DNA of 63,944 bases, the filler included, from Polymyxa betae A26-41 (lineage: Eukaryota; Protista; Endomyxa: Phytomyxea): the NCBI GenBank assembly GCA_003693705.1. It is 9 parts of 9 records of this genome, joined end to end, with 100 filler letters (N's around TTAATTAATTAA, not from the genome) between each part and the next. Parts side by side here need not be neighbours in the genome. Positions count along the whole stretch, not along the records: positions 48,972 to 53,484 come from RBZT01000652.1; positions 53,585 to 56,140 come from RBZT01000911.1; positions 56,241 to 61,061 come from RBZT01000044.1; positions 61,162 to 63,944 come from RBZT01000946.1; 5 more parts are not named here. One strand, written 5' to 3'. The position numbers and the translations under genes are program-made. Shown in pieces: positions 49,334 through 61,494 of this stretch (within the stretch, counting starts at the first letter, position 1; each line of letters begins with the position of its first letter). Under the pieces are notes generated by a model. The model saw nothing but the letters and a program-made list of their open reading frames with translations. It did no database searches and was not told where the DNA came from.

Positions 49334-50648
49334 ATGATTCAATCAATGATTCATTGCCGAAGCGGATGCCGACGCATCCTCAACAGGATGTACTTGGTGG
49401 ATCGTCCTGTACTACGATGTGTCATGTAATGCTGTCAGAAAGATTTTCGGACTTTTTAATCAGTCTGGGGGAATCCCTTCTGTCATTGGATTCTCCATAA
49501 ACAATGTTCCGGACATGAATGCCCATCCAAACTGTTTAATGCCGATCATTGTATGAATCAGGTCCGAGATATCTCTATCGACCCTTCTTATCTACACAAT
49601 GACAACAATCCGTCCGAAAACTGGATCGATTTTTATTCACCACAACAGGATCTCGTTCTGCCACTGTTTACATTTTTTCCTGAATTTCTGAACGTTTTTG
49701 ATTTTAATATCGAGATCACAGACTACACTACTCTGTGTGCTTTTCTGGTGAGATTTATTCATATTCAATGCGGAATCTCATCTTGAAACTGTATTCAGAG
49801 AAAGCAGCATGATGATGACGAGTACGCCCTTCTTACTGATACAAGAACTTTGCACCCATTCAAGAACAACAGCAAAGTTGCAAGAGACCCGATCGTTATC
49901 AAAGTTCACGATAGTCAGATCATAGTGACCGAAATCTCGGAATTTGCGACTTCGAAGACCACGTTACACAAGTTGATATTAGTGGCCAGTTTATGTCAAA
50001 AAATAGTTCGGGCCAAGATTGCCGACCCGAAATTGAACATGACACATGAAGGCTGTGGTGAATGGCTAAAGCGAACATGTTACTCATTACTTTATTGTGT
50101 TCGAATATGCTGTCAGAATGATCTTCGGATTTTTCAATCTCGATTTGGAAATCCGTTTTCGCATAGTCATTTTGGGATGCTTTGTTCTAGACACAAAGGC
50201 AAGAGTGAACAGTGCGGATTTGAGAGTCGCATTGTCAGATACAATGGGAAATACTCACTCAAATCACAACTAGTTCTTGATAGAACACGCGCTGTTCATT
50301 GTGTATTGAGATATTCTATGAAAGGAATTGAGACGGTATTACTGTGTTCAAGTTTATTTGGATTTTCTGAATATATCACAGAATCTCATGTTGGAGTGTC
50401 TTCAACGAATGAATAAGTACCTGAAGCAGCAAAAATTGAAACATTCATCTGATCTGACTGAATATCTTCAAGATTCTCTTCACCCAATATTATACTGTCT
50501 TGAACATCATTGTAATAATGATGTCGATTATTTCTCTCATATATTTGGACATTATATTGATCATTATCGATTTCAGCACAATTTCTGTCCTGGACATACT
50601 GGACAATGTCCTGCTCTATCTGCACTAAATGCTAACAAAAGCACTTAA
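49334..50648 (+). CDS. Hypothetical spliced Cys/His-rich protein; the 3' end of a paralog lies at 48972-49245
   Basis: Successive plus ORFs; TTLHKLILVASLCQKIVRA versus STLKKLILVANLYRKLIWA. Confidence 0.45.
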
Positions 50649-51540
50649 TCAGTAAATCAGTATATCAGATTTCTGTCTGCGAGATGTCTTGTCCTACTCA
50701 ACCTTAGAAAGCTCTAAACCGCCTCCTTGCCGTTGATCTCGGATTTTGGGCTTAAAATAGATAATGTCTGTAATAGTGATACTGAGCGTGACTGTTACAG
50801 ACATATACCTAGATATCGAAAGCGACCTGAGCACGCTGAGTGTCACTTAATAGCGACATCTGTCGACGGATTGCTGGTATTGCAGTCACACCGATTTTAG
50901 CCCCTTCGTTTCTGCATTGGAGGTTAAATCGATGACTGCCTCTATCTCTGCACAAGAAGCTAACGAGCGCTTGAGACGGGCATGCGGGACGACAACAAAC
51001 TTGTCGCAGCGTCTTTTTGTCTGGGGATTCAGGAACCTTTGTTCAAGCAGCTGGTGTGGATCACCTCATTTCGTTTGCAGGTTTTGCATCATCTTGCAAC
51101 AACTGATCTGATATCATGCTTGTTCGTCTTGGCTGAGCAGACCCAACGTTCAGGCGTCAGACTTGCGCTATGAGAGCATTGTTTGCCGAGTTTCTCGAGA
51201 TTACCTCACTTATTTCTGAATCCGGACATCAGCATAAGCGTCGGGTTATAATCGCACGAGTTCGGGAACGCTGTTGACTTTCATACTCTCAAAATTTGGC
51301 GGAAGCTTCAGATGGCAATCGAACAGAGGCGATTCAACAGGGAATGCTGAGACCAGTCCGTGACATTGTGCTTTCTCTGTTTCGCAATGGAATCACGTCA
51401 AGGAAGGACATGACGTTTGTTTTTGCGCATTCTCAAAAAAAAATCGTGGAGGTAGTCTTCCGCTCGTTAACTTCTAGAAAGTTCTATCATCATACGATTC
51501 GTAATGATAGCTTCAATGAATTCTCACATGGTTCATCGCC

Positions 51541-51830
51541 TGTTGCAACATGAAATTCGTGACTGACAACCGGCCCGTTGGCGCGCAGGCTGTCAGTCAC
51601 GAATTGATTGATTGGACTTGGATGTCTTCTTTCGTCTAGGAAGTTCTGACCCAAAACAGATTCAGAGTCCCATAATCAAAAAACAAAATGGGCAAACAAG
51701 ATGAGCTCGCAGAGAAATTTGATGGCAAAAACTTCAATTGCTGGGCACACAGGACGGCCAACTTACTGGTGGAGAAAGACCTGGATGAAGTCGTGGACAC
51801 TGATCCGACCATACTAGCGCTGAGCACAGA
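51541..51830 (+). mobile_element. Copia 5' remnant: LTR (51541-51658), tRNA-Gln-half PBS (51659-51672), gag start (ATG 51688)
   Basis: TGTTG...AAACA, GATTCAGAGTCCCA, then MGKQDELAEKFDGKNFNCWAHRTANLLVEKDLDEVV. Confidence 0.8.
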
Positions 51831-52618
51831 GCCCCCACTGCGACGACTGAGCGCCTAGCCTGGAGCATTACTAAGCGAGCAGATCTTTACTGGCTTTTGT
51901 TGCCGTTTTGACGGTTTATCTGGGAACTATGAAATGTCGTGCCGTTCTAGATTCTTTAAAACCGAAACAAATGATATCAAGTTTATTCTGTCTCAAGGCT
52001 ACAATGTGGCGCATGCCATTATCGTTGCCCATTTTCGGCCGAATCTGACATTCAATACTCAACCAATTTCCTAATGGGTTGTTAAATTGAAACCAGCGTT
52101 TGATGCACAGCAAGACAGATTTTCTAGGATGATTGAAGAGAACTTTGGAACAGAAGTTCGCCGAATTCACAGGAACGCCATTGCTCGACAGCGTATCCGG
52201 ATTTCAATTTTGTATACATCAATGAGCCAGATCATGCAGAACGGACAGCGCAGGGTCAATATACACAGCATCTTCGTTAATTCAGGCTGCAGTGGCTATG
52301 AGGCACCAGACAACACCAGCGCATGTCTTTGCTCCACATTTATGGACCGTTGCAAATTAAACGGAAGAAAAGAATTTTGATTGTCGAGGACCTCAGATTT
52401 CCAGTACGACGACCTCTCTGTCGTGACCCAGATTGCACGTTTAGCTGGTCAGTTTTATGCACATTTTCATATTTCGATAGCAATACAACCCTCTCAGGCC
52501 ATCTCCTCATTTTTGATTCGTTTATGGAACATCAAGCGGATCCCAGGGGTCGTGGCACCATTCGGTTATCCATCGAAGCGCGCGTTGTGAGGGATCGCGG
52601 ACGCTGCAGACTAAGAGC

Positions 52619-52990
52619 ATGTACAATGAAGACGGTGCCGCAAGCTCAGGTTGCGGCTTGTGCAATGGTTTCGAAATGGATTGCCCACCGGAATGTGGCG
52701 ACGGTTGCTGGAACAAAATTTTGACATCGCGGCGATTTCCGAAGACATTCGTTCGGGAGACTGGAGTCTCTGGCAAAGGTGTCTTTGCAGTTGGAGATAT
52801 TGCTGAGGGAACATACATTGCCGAATATACCGGAAGGGTACGCAGTACTGCAGGCGAAATGGATTCCCAACTCAGCCCCTTACAGAGAATTTCGTGGAAG
52901 AAATTCGTGAACAACGAAGGATATAAAAGCGGATTATGGGAAGCATCAGGCTAATCCAGGTGGCCCAGGTTCATATTGATTTGGATCACG
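52619..52990 (+). pseudogene. AWS/pre-SET + SET domain N-half
   Basis: CNGFEMDCPPECGDGCWNK...GKGVFAVGDIAEGTYIAEYTG. The catalytic NHSC motif was not found. Confidence 0.75.
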
Positions 52991-54094
52991 AACTCCGCTC
53001 CGAGTGGTTGCAGCTCGTTGATGGAGCAAATTTCCACTCAATGGCGACTCTATCATTCTCACCATCGCCGGGAACTTCTGGGTTAGTTCGGAGTTGTTTT
53101 TTGATAACCGGGTGCTCGGAGACAACTTTCCACTGGCGCGTTCTAGCCCAGAACTGTCCCGGAAGTTGAAAGTCCGTAGAGAACGAGCCGGACTTTGAAA
53201 GATCTTCGTATCAACCAAACTGGAGCGTCTTGTATACAATCAGCCATGCTCTTTCGAGTCAGATTGCGATCGTGGCACAGAAAACACGAGGCGAGACGTC
53301 AAACCTGTTAGTGCTATTTTACCCTCAAGCCTATCTCCGTTTCCCTACGAGTTACCTCTACGAATTTTCTATTTGGGTTGTGTCCCTTGGATTGCAGTAC
53401 CCTAACGCCTAACAATTCCGCTGGTGGCTGTTGCAACCCGAAAGGGCCAAGAACACCCTCCTTGGGTCGCGTTAGGACGGACTGNNNNNNNNNNNNNNNN
53501 NNNNNNNNNNNNNNNNNNNNNNNNNNNNTTAATTAATTAANNNNNNNNNNNNNNNNNNNNNNNNNNNNNNNNNNNNNNNNNNNNGGTTTTTACTGCCGGG
53601 AACCGCGGTGTGAGCCCCCCGATCCGACCCCCTGCCAGGTAGCCCAGCCTGGACAGGGCCGGCCTGTCTCCGACGGCCGTAGTTAAATAATAAATTATTT
53701 TATAAGCTCCTAACCCTAAGAAACCTTCACGCCAGTGAATTTTTACACTGGACATATTTTTTGTTAGTCTTCCTGTGTCTGGAGATCAAGTCCAAGTTGA
53801 ACTTTCCGCATTAAATTTCCATTAGTCAATACAAAATCAGTGATTTATATTTATCCAAGCACAGTTTTTTATCAATTTTTGTTTGCTAAGGGATTTCAGA
53901 TCTGCAATCTGCGACCGAAGATAATGTCAGCAGAAAGCTAGCTGCTGCAGTTCCTCCATTGCAAGATGCACCCATGAGAGTACAGCATAACCCGCGTAGG
54001 CAGTCCTTTTGAAGTGACCGCTTTGAGAAAACCGCTTGAAAGGATTTTCCACTCACATCTGTTATCTTGTGAAAATTCTTAAATTGTTAATGTT

Positions 54095-56140
54095 GTGAGT
54101 GCAGACAATGCTGAGCAGTACGCGCCCCAATCGGAAGGCCGCCCTTTCAAAGGCTCTGCCGTGGATCGGCGATCTCTGGGGGTATATAACGGAGAAAACA
54201 TATGTTTCGCAATCAGCACAATCACCCTGTGTACATACCTGGTTGCAAAACTGGATGACTCGTTCATAAGAATAGATCCGATAGCTTCGTTGATCTATGA
54301 GGTAGGTAAAGAGCTCGGTAGTCTGCAAAATCGCTTACTGTAAATGTTTTAGATCATGAACCCTCTCCTGACGCCAAGGCAACGAAAAGGGAAGTTGTAC
54401 CCTCTTTTAAGCCAGATACGCCATCTTCTTGAAGATCACTCCTATACTTCCGGTCAGCATGACCCAGCAGAGCTGTTCGGGCAACTATTGTCAGAGTCTC
54501 CTCAGCTCAATGAACTGGTTAAGTTCCATTATGTGGATTCTTTAACCTGCTCCAGATGCTGGGAGTCAGAACCTGCTCCCCAACTCTCAGATTCAATCTT
54601 CGTTCACGATTTTAAGCCATTGTACGACCACGCCGACTGGTGGCGTTGTTACAATGGCTATATTCAGGAACTGGAGCCGCATCCAAAGGTTTGCGCGAAC
54701 AGCCCTACGTGCGGAAAGGTACCTTTCAGTTATTTGGCTTGTTAATCGACTAAATAATTACCTTTGCCTCAGTGTGATCACTATCGGACCAAGAGCCCAT
54801 TGGAAACCAGTGATTACATCATCCTGGCACTCCACCGTTTTCATCCTGAAGTCGTGAACGGCAGATCGGCCGAACGAAAAATGATGAACGTATTCGATTT
54901 ACGGCAGCGGCTGCCCTCCAATGCAGGGGACTACCAACTGTGCGCCTTCTTGTGCCACATTGGTCCTAACCTGCGTGGAGGGCATTTCGTAACGTATCTG
55001 GAAGTTACGGAAGGTTCCTGGGTGCATGTGAACGATTCCAGCGTCGAGGCGGTTCCTGATATCGATCGACTTATTGATCGACTGTCGGATCCACGACAAC
55101 GCTCCCTACCGCCGCGAGCCCACACTCCGTATCTTTTGATATACAGAAAATGTCAGTCCGGCACAGGTGAGAAAATGTTTGCATATATACGCTATTACGA
55201 TTTTCATCATAAGAACTCCATTTCAACCTCTGAAATTAGCGATGTTTCCAAGTCCAGTTTCGGAATTGACGGACGCGCTCCCATCAGGAGAGGAAGTCAT
55301 CGAAATCGAGGACACTGGCGAACCCGACACTTTCCAGCCTGTCGAAGGTCAGAATTTTTCAACTTTTCATCGATGATCTGCTTTCTAACTTGATTTTGGA
55401 GTAGACCAGCTGCGGCCTTTGCTTCGACTTTGCGAGTGTTTAAGCACTCCCGAAGTCAACGGATTTGAGGCCGTGCTCCTTGCACAGGATGTCAATTCTG
55501 GGATCTGCCTGGTCCCTCATATGTACTGGGGCATGGCATTCCATGGCGACACGGAACGCTCCTATGGGCACCGCAGTGATGGAGCAAACGCTGCTCACCT
55601 ACTCCAAATCCGTCGGAATTGGAAAAAGGAAGCAGAACTAGTTCTTCTGCCGGTCTGCCTGTAAGTCTGAATTCCGCGGCGTCCCATATTGCTGACAATT
55701 GAAACAGGGCACGAGAGATGCATTACATTCTTCTAAAGGCAGACGTTGGCCGTAACGCGATATGCCTCTACGATCCAATGCCCCGGCTTACGGATCCAGG
55801 ATTGCGGGAGTCACAAGCCAGACGGTTTGTGGCTCTCATCACTGAAACAGAAAAGGACCAGTGGAGTATGGAGGTACCTAACTATATGGAAGTTACGTTA
55901 ACAAATGTCTCATTACCATGATTCTTAGATCGAACCGGTCCATCCCCAACTGGGAAGCCTGAACTGCGGCGCGTTCGTCTTGGCCAGGTGCCTGGAAATC
56001 ATATTTTTTCCGGGTCAGAACGAAACCCAGTTTCAAGAGCGGCACATGCTTGCCTTTAAACTGTGGCTTTTCCACGCTATCAGTACTAAGCGCCAGTTTC
56101 CACGGAGGGAGGAGATATTTACAAGTAATGGTTCCCCGTT
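54095..56140 (+). CDS. Spliced gene encoding a USP (C19) deubiquitinase followed by an Ulp1-like (C48) protease
   Basis: Cys box GVYNGENICFAIS, GQHDPAELF, His box CHIGPNLRGGHFVTY...VNDSSV. Then LVLLPVC/HYILL...YDP...PQLGSLNCGAFVL. Exon boundaries approximate. Confidence 0.8.
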
Positions 56141-57741
56141 NNNNNNNNNNNNNNNNNNNNNNNNNNNNNNNNNNNNNNNNNNNNTTAATTAATTAANNNN
56201 NNNNNNNNNNNNNNNNNNNNNNNNNNNNNNNNNNNNNNNNACAGTATAGAAGTGAATGCTCATAAAAGGTGATGATGACGGGGGGTAGGAACATGGGGGG
56301 CACCACTCCCGATAGTATTTATCGTGAAAATATTCAATTTTTATATTAACAAAATACAGATTTTGTTCGGGAACTTACACAGGGACCTTTTTCATATCAA
56401 AATAGTCATGGACAATGCATATTTTAAGTCAGCAAATGGAGTCACAATCTTTATAGTGAACCATAAAGCGGCATTTTGTCGAGGACCAAAGCATTCTCCG
56501 TTTTTGAATGAAATTTGGATTGTGTGCTGGTGATTATCCGGATGACGAATTCGTTGAGCAGCTCGATCCATATTCTGTGAACATCTCGGAAATGTTCTGT
56601 TGTATAAGTTGGAGTTTGTCTCCAATAATCACAGATTAGTTGATATTCATACAGATCTGGCTGACGATTATGATTTGATCAGTGGAGTTTTCTCCTCCTT
56701 ATAGCATTCATTCATCATTGTGACAAGGAGTCATTCTGCATCGCAGTCGCCATCATCGCTGCTACACTATCATGCTCTGGACGCCATTCGGCGCCTAAAA
56801 GATCCATTGTCCAGGATTTCGGAGGTTCAATGGCTCTATTTAGAAAAGGTCCTTCTGTGTGGATTCCCGATCAAATCAGTATTTCTAAATATTGGACGAT
56901 AAAGATTATTTCTTATCTGCATCATGCTCTTAATGATTATACATAAAGTAGTTAAACACGATATTTCTCTGCATGTTTTGACTTTATTGAGATAATCGCA
57001 ACTTAATCCAACATCCACTGCTGCCATCTCAACCCTTTATGACTGTCAGAGATTTAATAGAGCATAAAGACGGCTATATGGTCACCTCAAGATCTGTGCT
57101 TATCTTTCAAACAATCTTTGTAATCTCACCAATAACGAATATCAGATGGGTATTATCTGTAGCATGCAATCAACATGTAGGTAGATACCAGGTCATGCAG
57201 ATTGAATAAAACTTTATGGAAAACTATCGCAGGCAGAATCTTCTGCTTTCAAATTCTACAAGTTATAGAAATTTTATAAAAGGAAATTTGCGGGAAACTG
57301 AGAGCAGATAGTCTGGATTGATGGTCATGAAGGACGATGGAGGCTGTGTCCAAGAAGGCGATTGTCTGATCAGTAGAGCCTTCTGGGCCTGCTGAATGCC
57401 CATCAGCGCCTGAAAGCGTTCGTGGGGTTTGATTGCAAAATCCAAACCCTAACCTGAGTGGTATTCTGCTGAGCCCAGACAGACAATCGTAATCAGTTTC
57501 TATCTATAAAAGCGATCCACAAAGCTGGGTTGATATTCTAACAGAGCTGATTTATGCTGTTTCTTGAACTTCAATGAAACCAGCTGAAATGAATCCTGTT
57601 TGAATCTCAGCTACGCATTAATAGGCAAATTTGAAATTCATTTTAGATAAGCTGGACGAAACTCTGAGAGAATCAAGGTAATGAATTTATATGGCGATAA
57701 ATGTATGATATGATGATGTCATTGATGCTGTAATTAAGAAT

Positions 57742-58912
57742 TCAATCGAGCTGGTTCACGGAAGAGGTTGATTTCAGGAGTGGCGATGATGAATCTTCTG
57801 GGGCGGCAGGAGAGGGAATCTCTAGCACAGATTCGCCCTTCAGATCGTCCATCAGCAGGAAATAGTCGTCGTTGGGGTCGCCTTCCGGCACAGGTTCGGT
57901 CTTGGGTTGTCGAAACAGGACGACGAGATAGAGGAAGATGAGGTCGAAGAAGATGGAGCCGAAGGTGCCCATGAAGATGGCGGCCGACGACCCGACGATC
58001 ATCTTGGAGATTGGGACTTGATCTTGAATATTTTGTAGTAGCACTCCTGTCCCTGAAAGCATATTGGAACTCATTGTCAGCAGATACATTATCATAGAGA
58101 TGCCTTCGACGCTCTTTCGTCTCCAGATCTTGTAGAGCTGCGGGATTCGTGACGAGACGAACAGCAGATTCGAAGCCCAGAGGCAGAACGTCCCGATATC
58201 GTCCATGAGCGTCGATTCCGAGACGACATCGGCGAACGAAGTACGACCCAGGGCGAACATCAGGACAGGGACGGCGATCATGAAGGCGACGATCAGGAAG
58301 GTTTTGGTGGAGACGGGCGTGGACGTGCGATCTAGGGTTAGGGTTTTGCGGTGATACCAGAACGTGTAGTAGGCAGATTGCGATGTGAAGATGATCGTGT
58401 CTATGATATACCATGTATTAAGGGTCACGATATAAACAGGTTCGTGACACAGAAAGCTTCCAAAAAGGTTCACCAGATCGGCAGCACCTCTGTAATAATC
58501 ACGTTACAATCCATGCAGGTTATAACTGTTGAAATTCAAGCGAAAGAAACATGATAAAATAATGGTCCATGAATTCGAAACAGTTGGAAATCAGCCGAGT
58601 GAAAACTTGAATACTTTTCAAAAAAAAAACGAAAATCGTGCGAAATTAAACGAAAGTAGGATGTAGAGCGATGTGAGGTGAAATCCAGAACTGAGAGAGA
58701 TGTAATGTTACAGAGATGAAACGAAAGGTGTAGTTTTGAGAGACAAAAAAAACGAGAAGATGGAGGAGGTACCTAAGAACGAACATATCCATAGAAAGCG
58801 CCTCTCCGGACTTGCTGCGGTAGTTCTCAATGAGCTGCGGTATGCTGGGAAATATACCGACGGCGGTTCCCAAAACCCCTGAATATGACATTGTATGAGG
58901 CCGTGTGATCAT
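57742..58912 (-). CDS. PQ-loop repeat transporter (PQLC2/YPQ-like), spliced; true start may be upstream
   Basis: Two PQ loops, SIPQLIENYRSKSGEALS and SRIPQLYKIWRRKSVEGIS; TM helices; C-terminal EDSSSPLL dileucine-like motif. Confidence 0.88.
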
Positions 58913-61161
58913 GAGACCATCATCTCACCAGATACAGTGGCAATATCACCCATTGTTATCGAGTTATATGAGAACGGGTTCTTATAGAAAGCTATCAGAT
59001 AATGATCAGATCATGCAGATAGACAAGATCATTAGACAACCTTCAAAAGGTCTTAACATGATGGTACCAGCGCGGGAGAACGTCTCCAGGCCGGTCAGCG
59101 GTCCGGGCCGAGCCGACAGGGTCACGCCCATCAAATGGACAACAGCCAGTACGACCACCGAGGAGCAACGGTTCATGATCATGAACGAACAGAGGAGCGA
59201 GAGTGCACCGCATTCAAGCCGTGACGGCATTTGCGAGTTCGACGGCGTTCTTCAGCGCGGCCTCCTGCCCTTCACCGTACTCACTGTGAATATCCCTGCA
59301 TGAAACGGGAACCCACAAGTCGATTTATCTTACACTGTTTTTATAAAGTTTCTTCTTTTCTTGGAGGATCAACTTTTTTGGCGAAAGACATTTTGCAACA
59401 CCAAATTCGCTATAATGTATCGATTAGACATGGAGTTGGTAGAGTTCATCTTATGAATGAAAGTTCCAGGTTGAATTCGAAAGCCTCTTTGGCATGACCC
59501 GTCTTCACATGAAAACCAATTTGCAACATTCCATTACAGCAGGAAATGATGGAATGCAGCATCACATTCCGCAAGTTCGGCTGTGTCGAACTGCGGATGA
59601 GTCGTTTGAAGCAGATCAGGTTTGGTTCACGCTGAAGCCGGTTCTGTTAAGACGTAGAATTACATTCCGACGGCGTTCATGAAGGATATTGAAATGCTAG
59701 GCAGTTGACTACGACATCGAGCCCTACCATCCAGAATACATTGGACTTTTGAAGGCACTTTTTGTTTGCTCGACCACAATTAGGTAAATGCGGAGAATAG
59801 TTTTTGCCGAAAGGACATGGATTGATGAATGAAAAGTTTAAAGAAATTTGGTTTTACGAATAGCGATTCAAATAATTTATAACGATACTAGCCATAGATC
59901 ATCATACCAAAATGTTGGTTTTATAGAATATCACCTTCAGACAGTCAAATGTAGAATAGACAAAGGAAGTAGATTTTGTTTCCACTTTTGATAATAGAGT
60001 GAATCAGCTTTCTTGGAGATCTGGTTCAACGACAGGATCGGCGGAAGCTACGAACATAACCCTTATCAATCTCATGGAACAAAAATATCACTAAATGTGA
60101 AATTTGCCAACAAGAGAGGCCACAGAAGTTGAAGAATCACTGGAAAGGAGTAGCTAAAACACGAATGTTATTACCATTGGCAGCAGGATGTTTTGGCTTT
60201 CTCTTTTTCTTCTGCCTCTTGGGCGGAGTTGGATGTGTAACAGCATCAGCATCCAGGACCACGGTGACGATCTGTTGCGCGGCGGATTGCGCATTACGAA
60301 GCCTTTCTCTTCTCTTGGCTCGGCGACTCCTATCCGAAACCGGCATATTGCCGATATTTTCTTTCTCTTCATCCTGTTTAACTTCTTCCGAATGACTTGC
60401 AGGCTTGAATAAACCATTTGAGCAGCATCGCCATTCAAAAGCTTCGACAAAATATTCTCTGAACTTGTTTGTTCTGCAACATTTTATGACCAGACTTATC
60501 ATCATCCTGCAACATATCATTTCAAAAGAAGCAAATCATAAATTTCTGAAAAATTTCGACCGGGTATCCCAGTTCAATCATGAGCTCGCAAATGTAAGCG
60601 ACAGAATAATATGGGCTTTGATTCAATTTAACGACTTTGTCGTTATAAAAGTATATGAGGTTCCTAACGTACTATGGACCATTTGTATGTATTGACTAGC
60701 AGCAGTTAATGGGATCGCTTCTTGGAGTTTTTATCTCTCAAATAGATACAACATTAGAGCTTTGCAAACTCAAGAAGTTCTTCTAGCTGTTTTTTGGGGG
60801 GGTTATCCCGAGCAGTGCTTAACAAACTTTCGATGCGATTCGATTTGTCGTTGTTGATTTCAGTTTACTCAGTTGATTCTATACTTCCTAAGGTCTCTTA
60901 CAATGCCAGAAACAGTTGAGCGGCAGAACTGATAACGCAATCTTTCAGAAACCTGCTCTGCAATTCTAGTTTCTTCTCTGTAGTTAGAGATATCTGTCAA
61001 CCGATCCTCCTTAACTGTACCGATATATAAACTAGCGATCACTTCGCCCTTTGTTCTGCTTNNNNNNNNNNNNNNNNNNNNNNNNNNNNNNNNNNNNNNN
61101 NNNNNTTAATTAATTAANNNNNNNNNNNNNNNNNNNNNNNNNNNNNNNNNNNNNNNNNNNN

Positions 61162-61305
61162 TTTCATCTGTTGTTTATCATCATAAGTATATGGTTTATC
61201 CTTATAATAATTGTTAATTGCCTTCTGTCTTTCTTTCTTTCTATATTCTTCATCTGTATGATATTTTTGCCGTCTATCTCTATTATATTTTTTGTTTGCC
61301 TCCAT
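61162..61305 (-). CDS. Partial K/Y-rich ORF in very AT-rich DNA
   Basis: MEANKKYNRDRRQKYHTDEEYRKKERQKAINNYYK; runs into the gap. Confidence 0.35.
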
Positions 61306-61494
61306 TAACAGCCACTACTTTTTTACGTTTAAATTGTTTTGACTTTAAAGAATAAAAATATAATGAGGGATTGAATGATATTTTTGAAATTGGTTTTCGA
61401 AATATCATTTTTGGATTAGGGTTTGGGGTTAGGGTTATTAATCTTTTTTTGGATTAATGTTTTTTATTGTTCCAAACCTCCCACGATTTACTAT

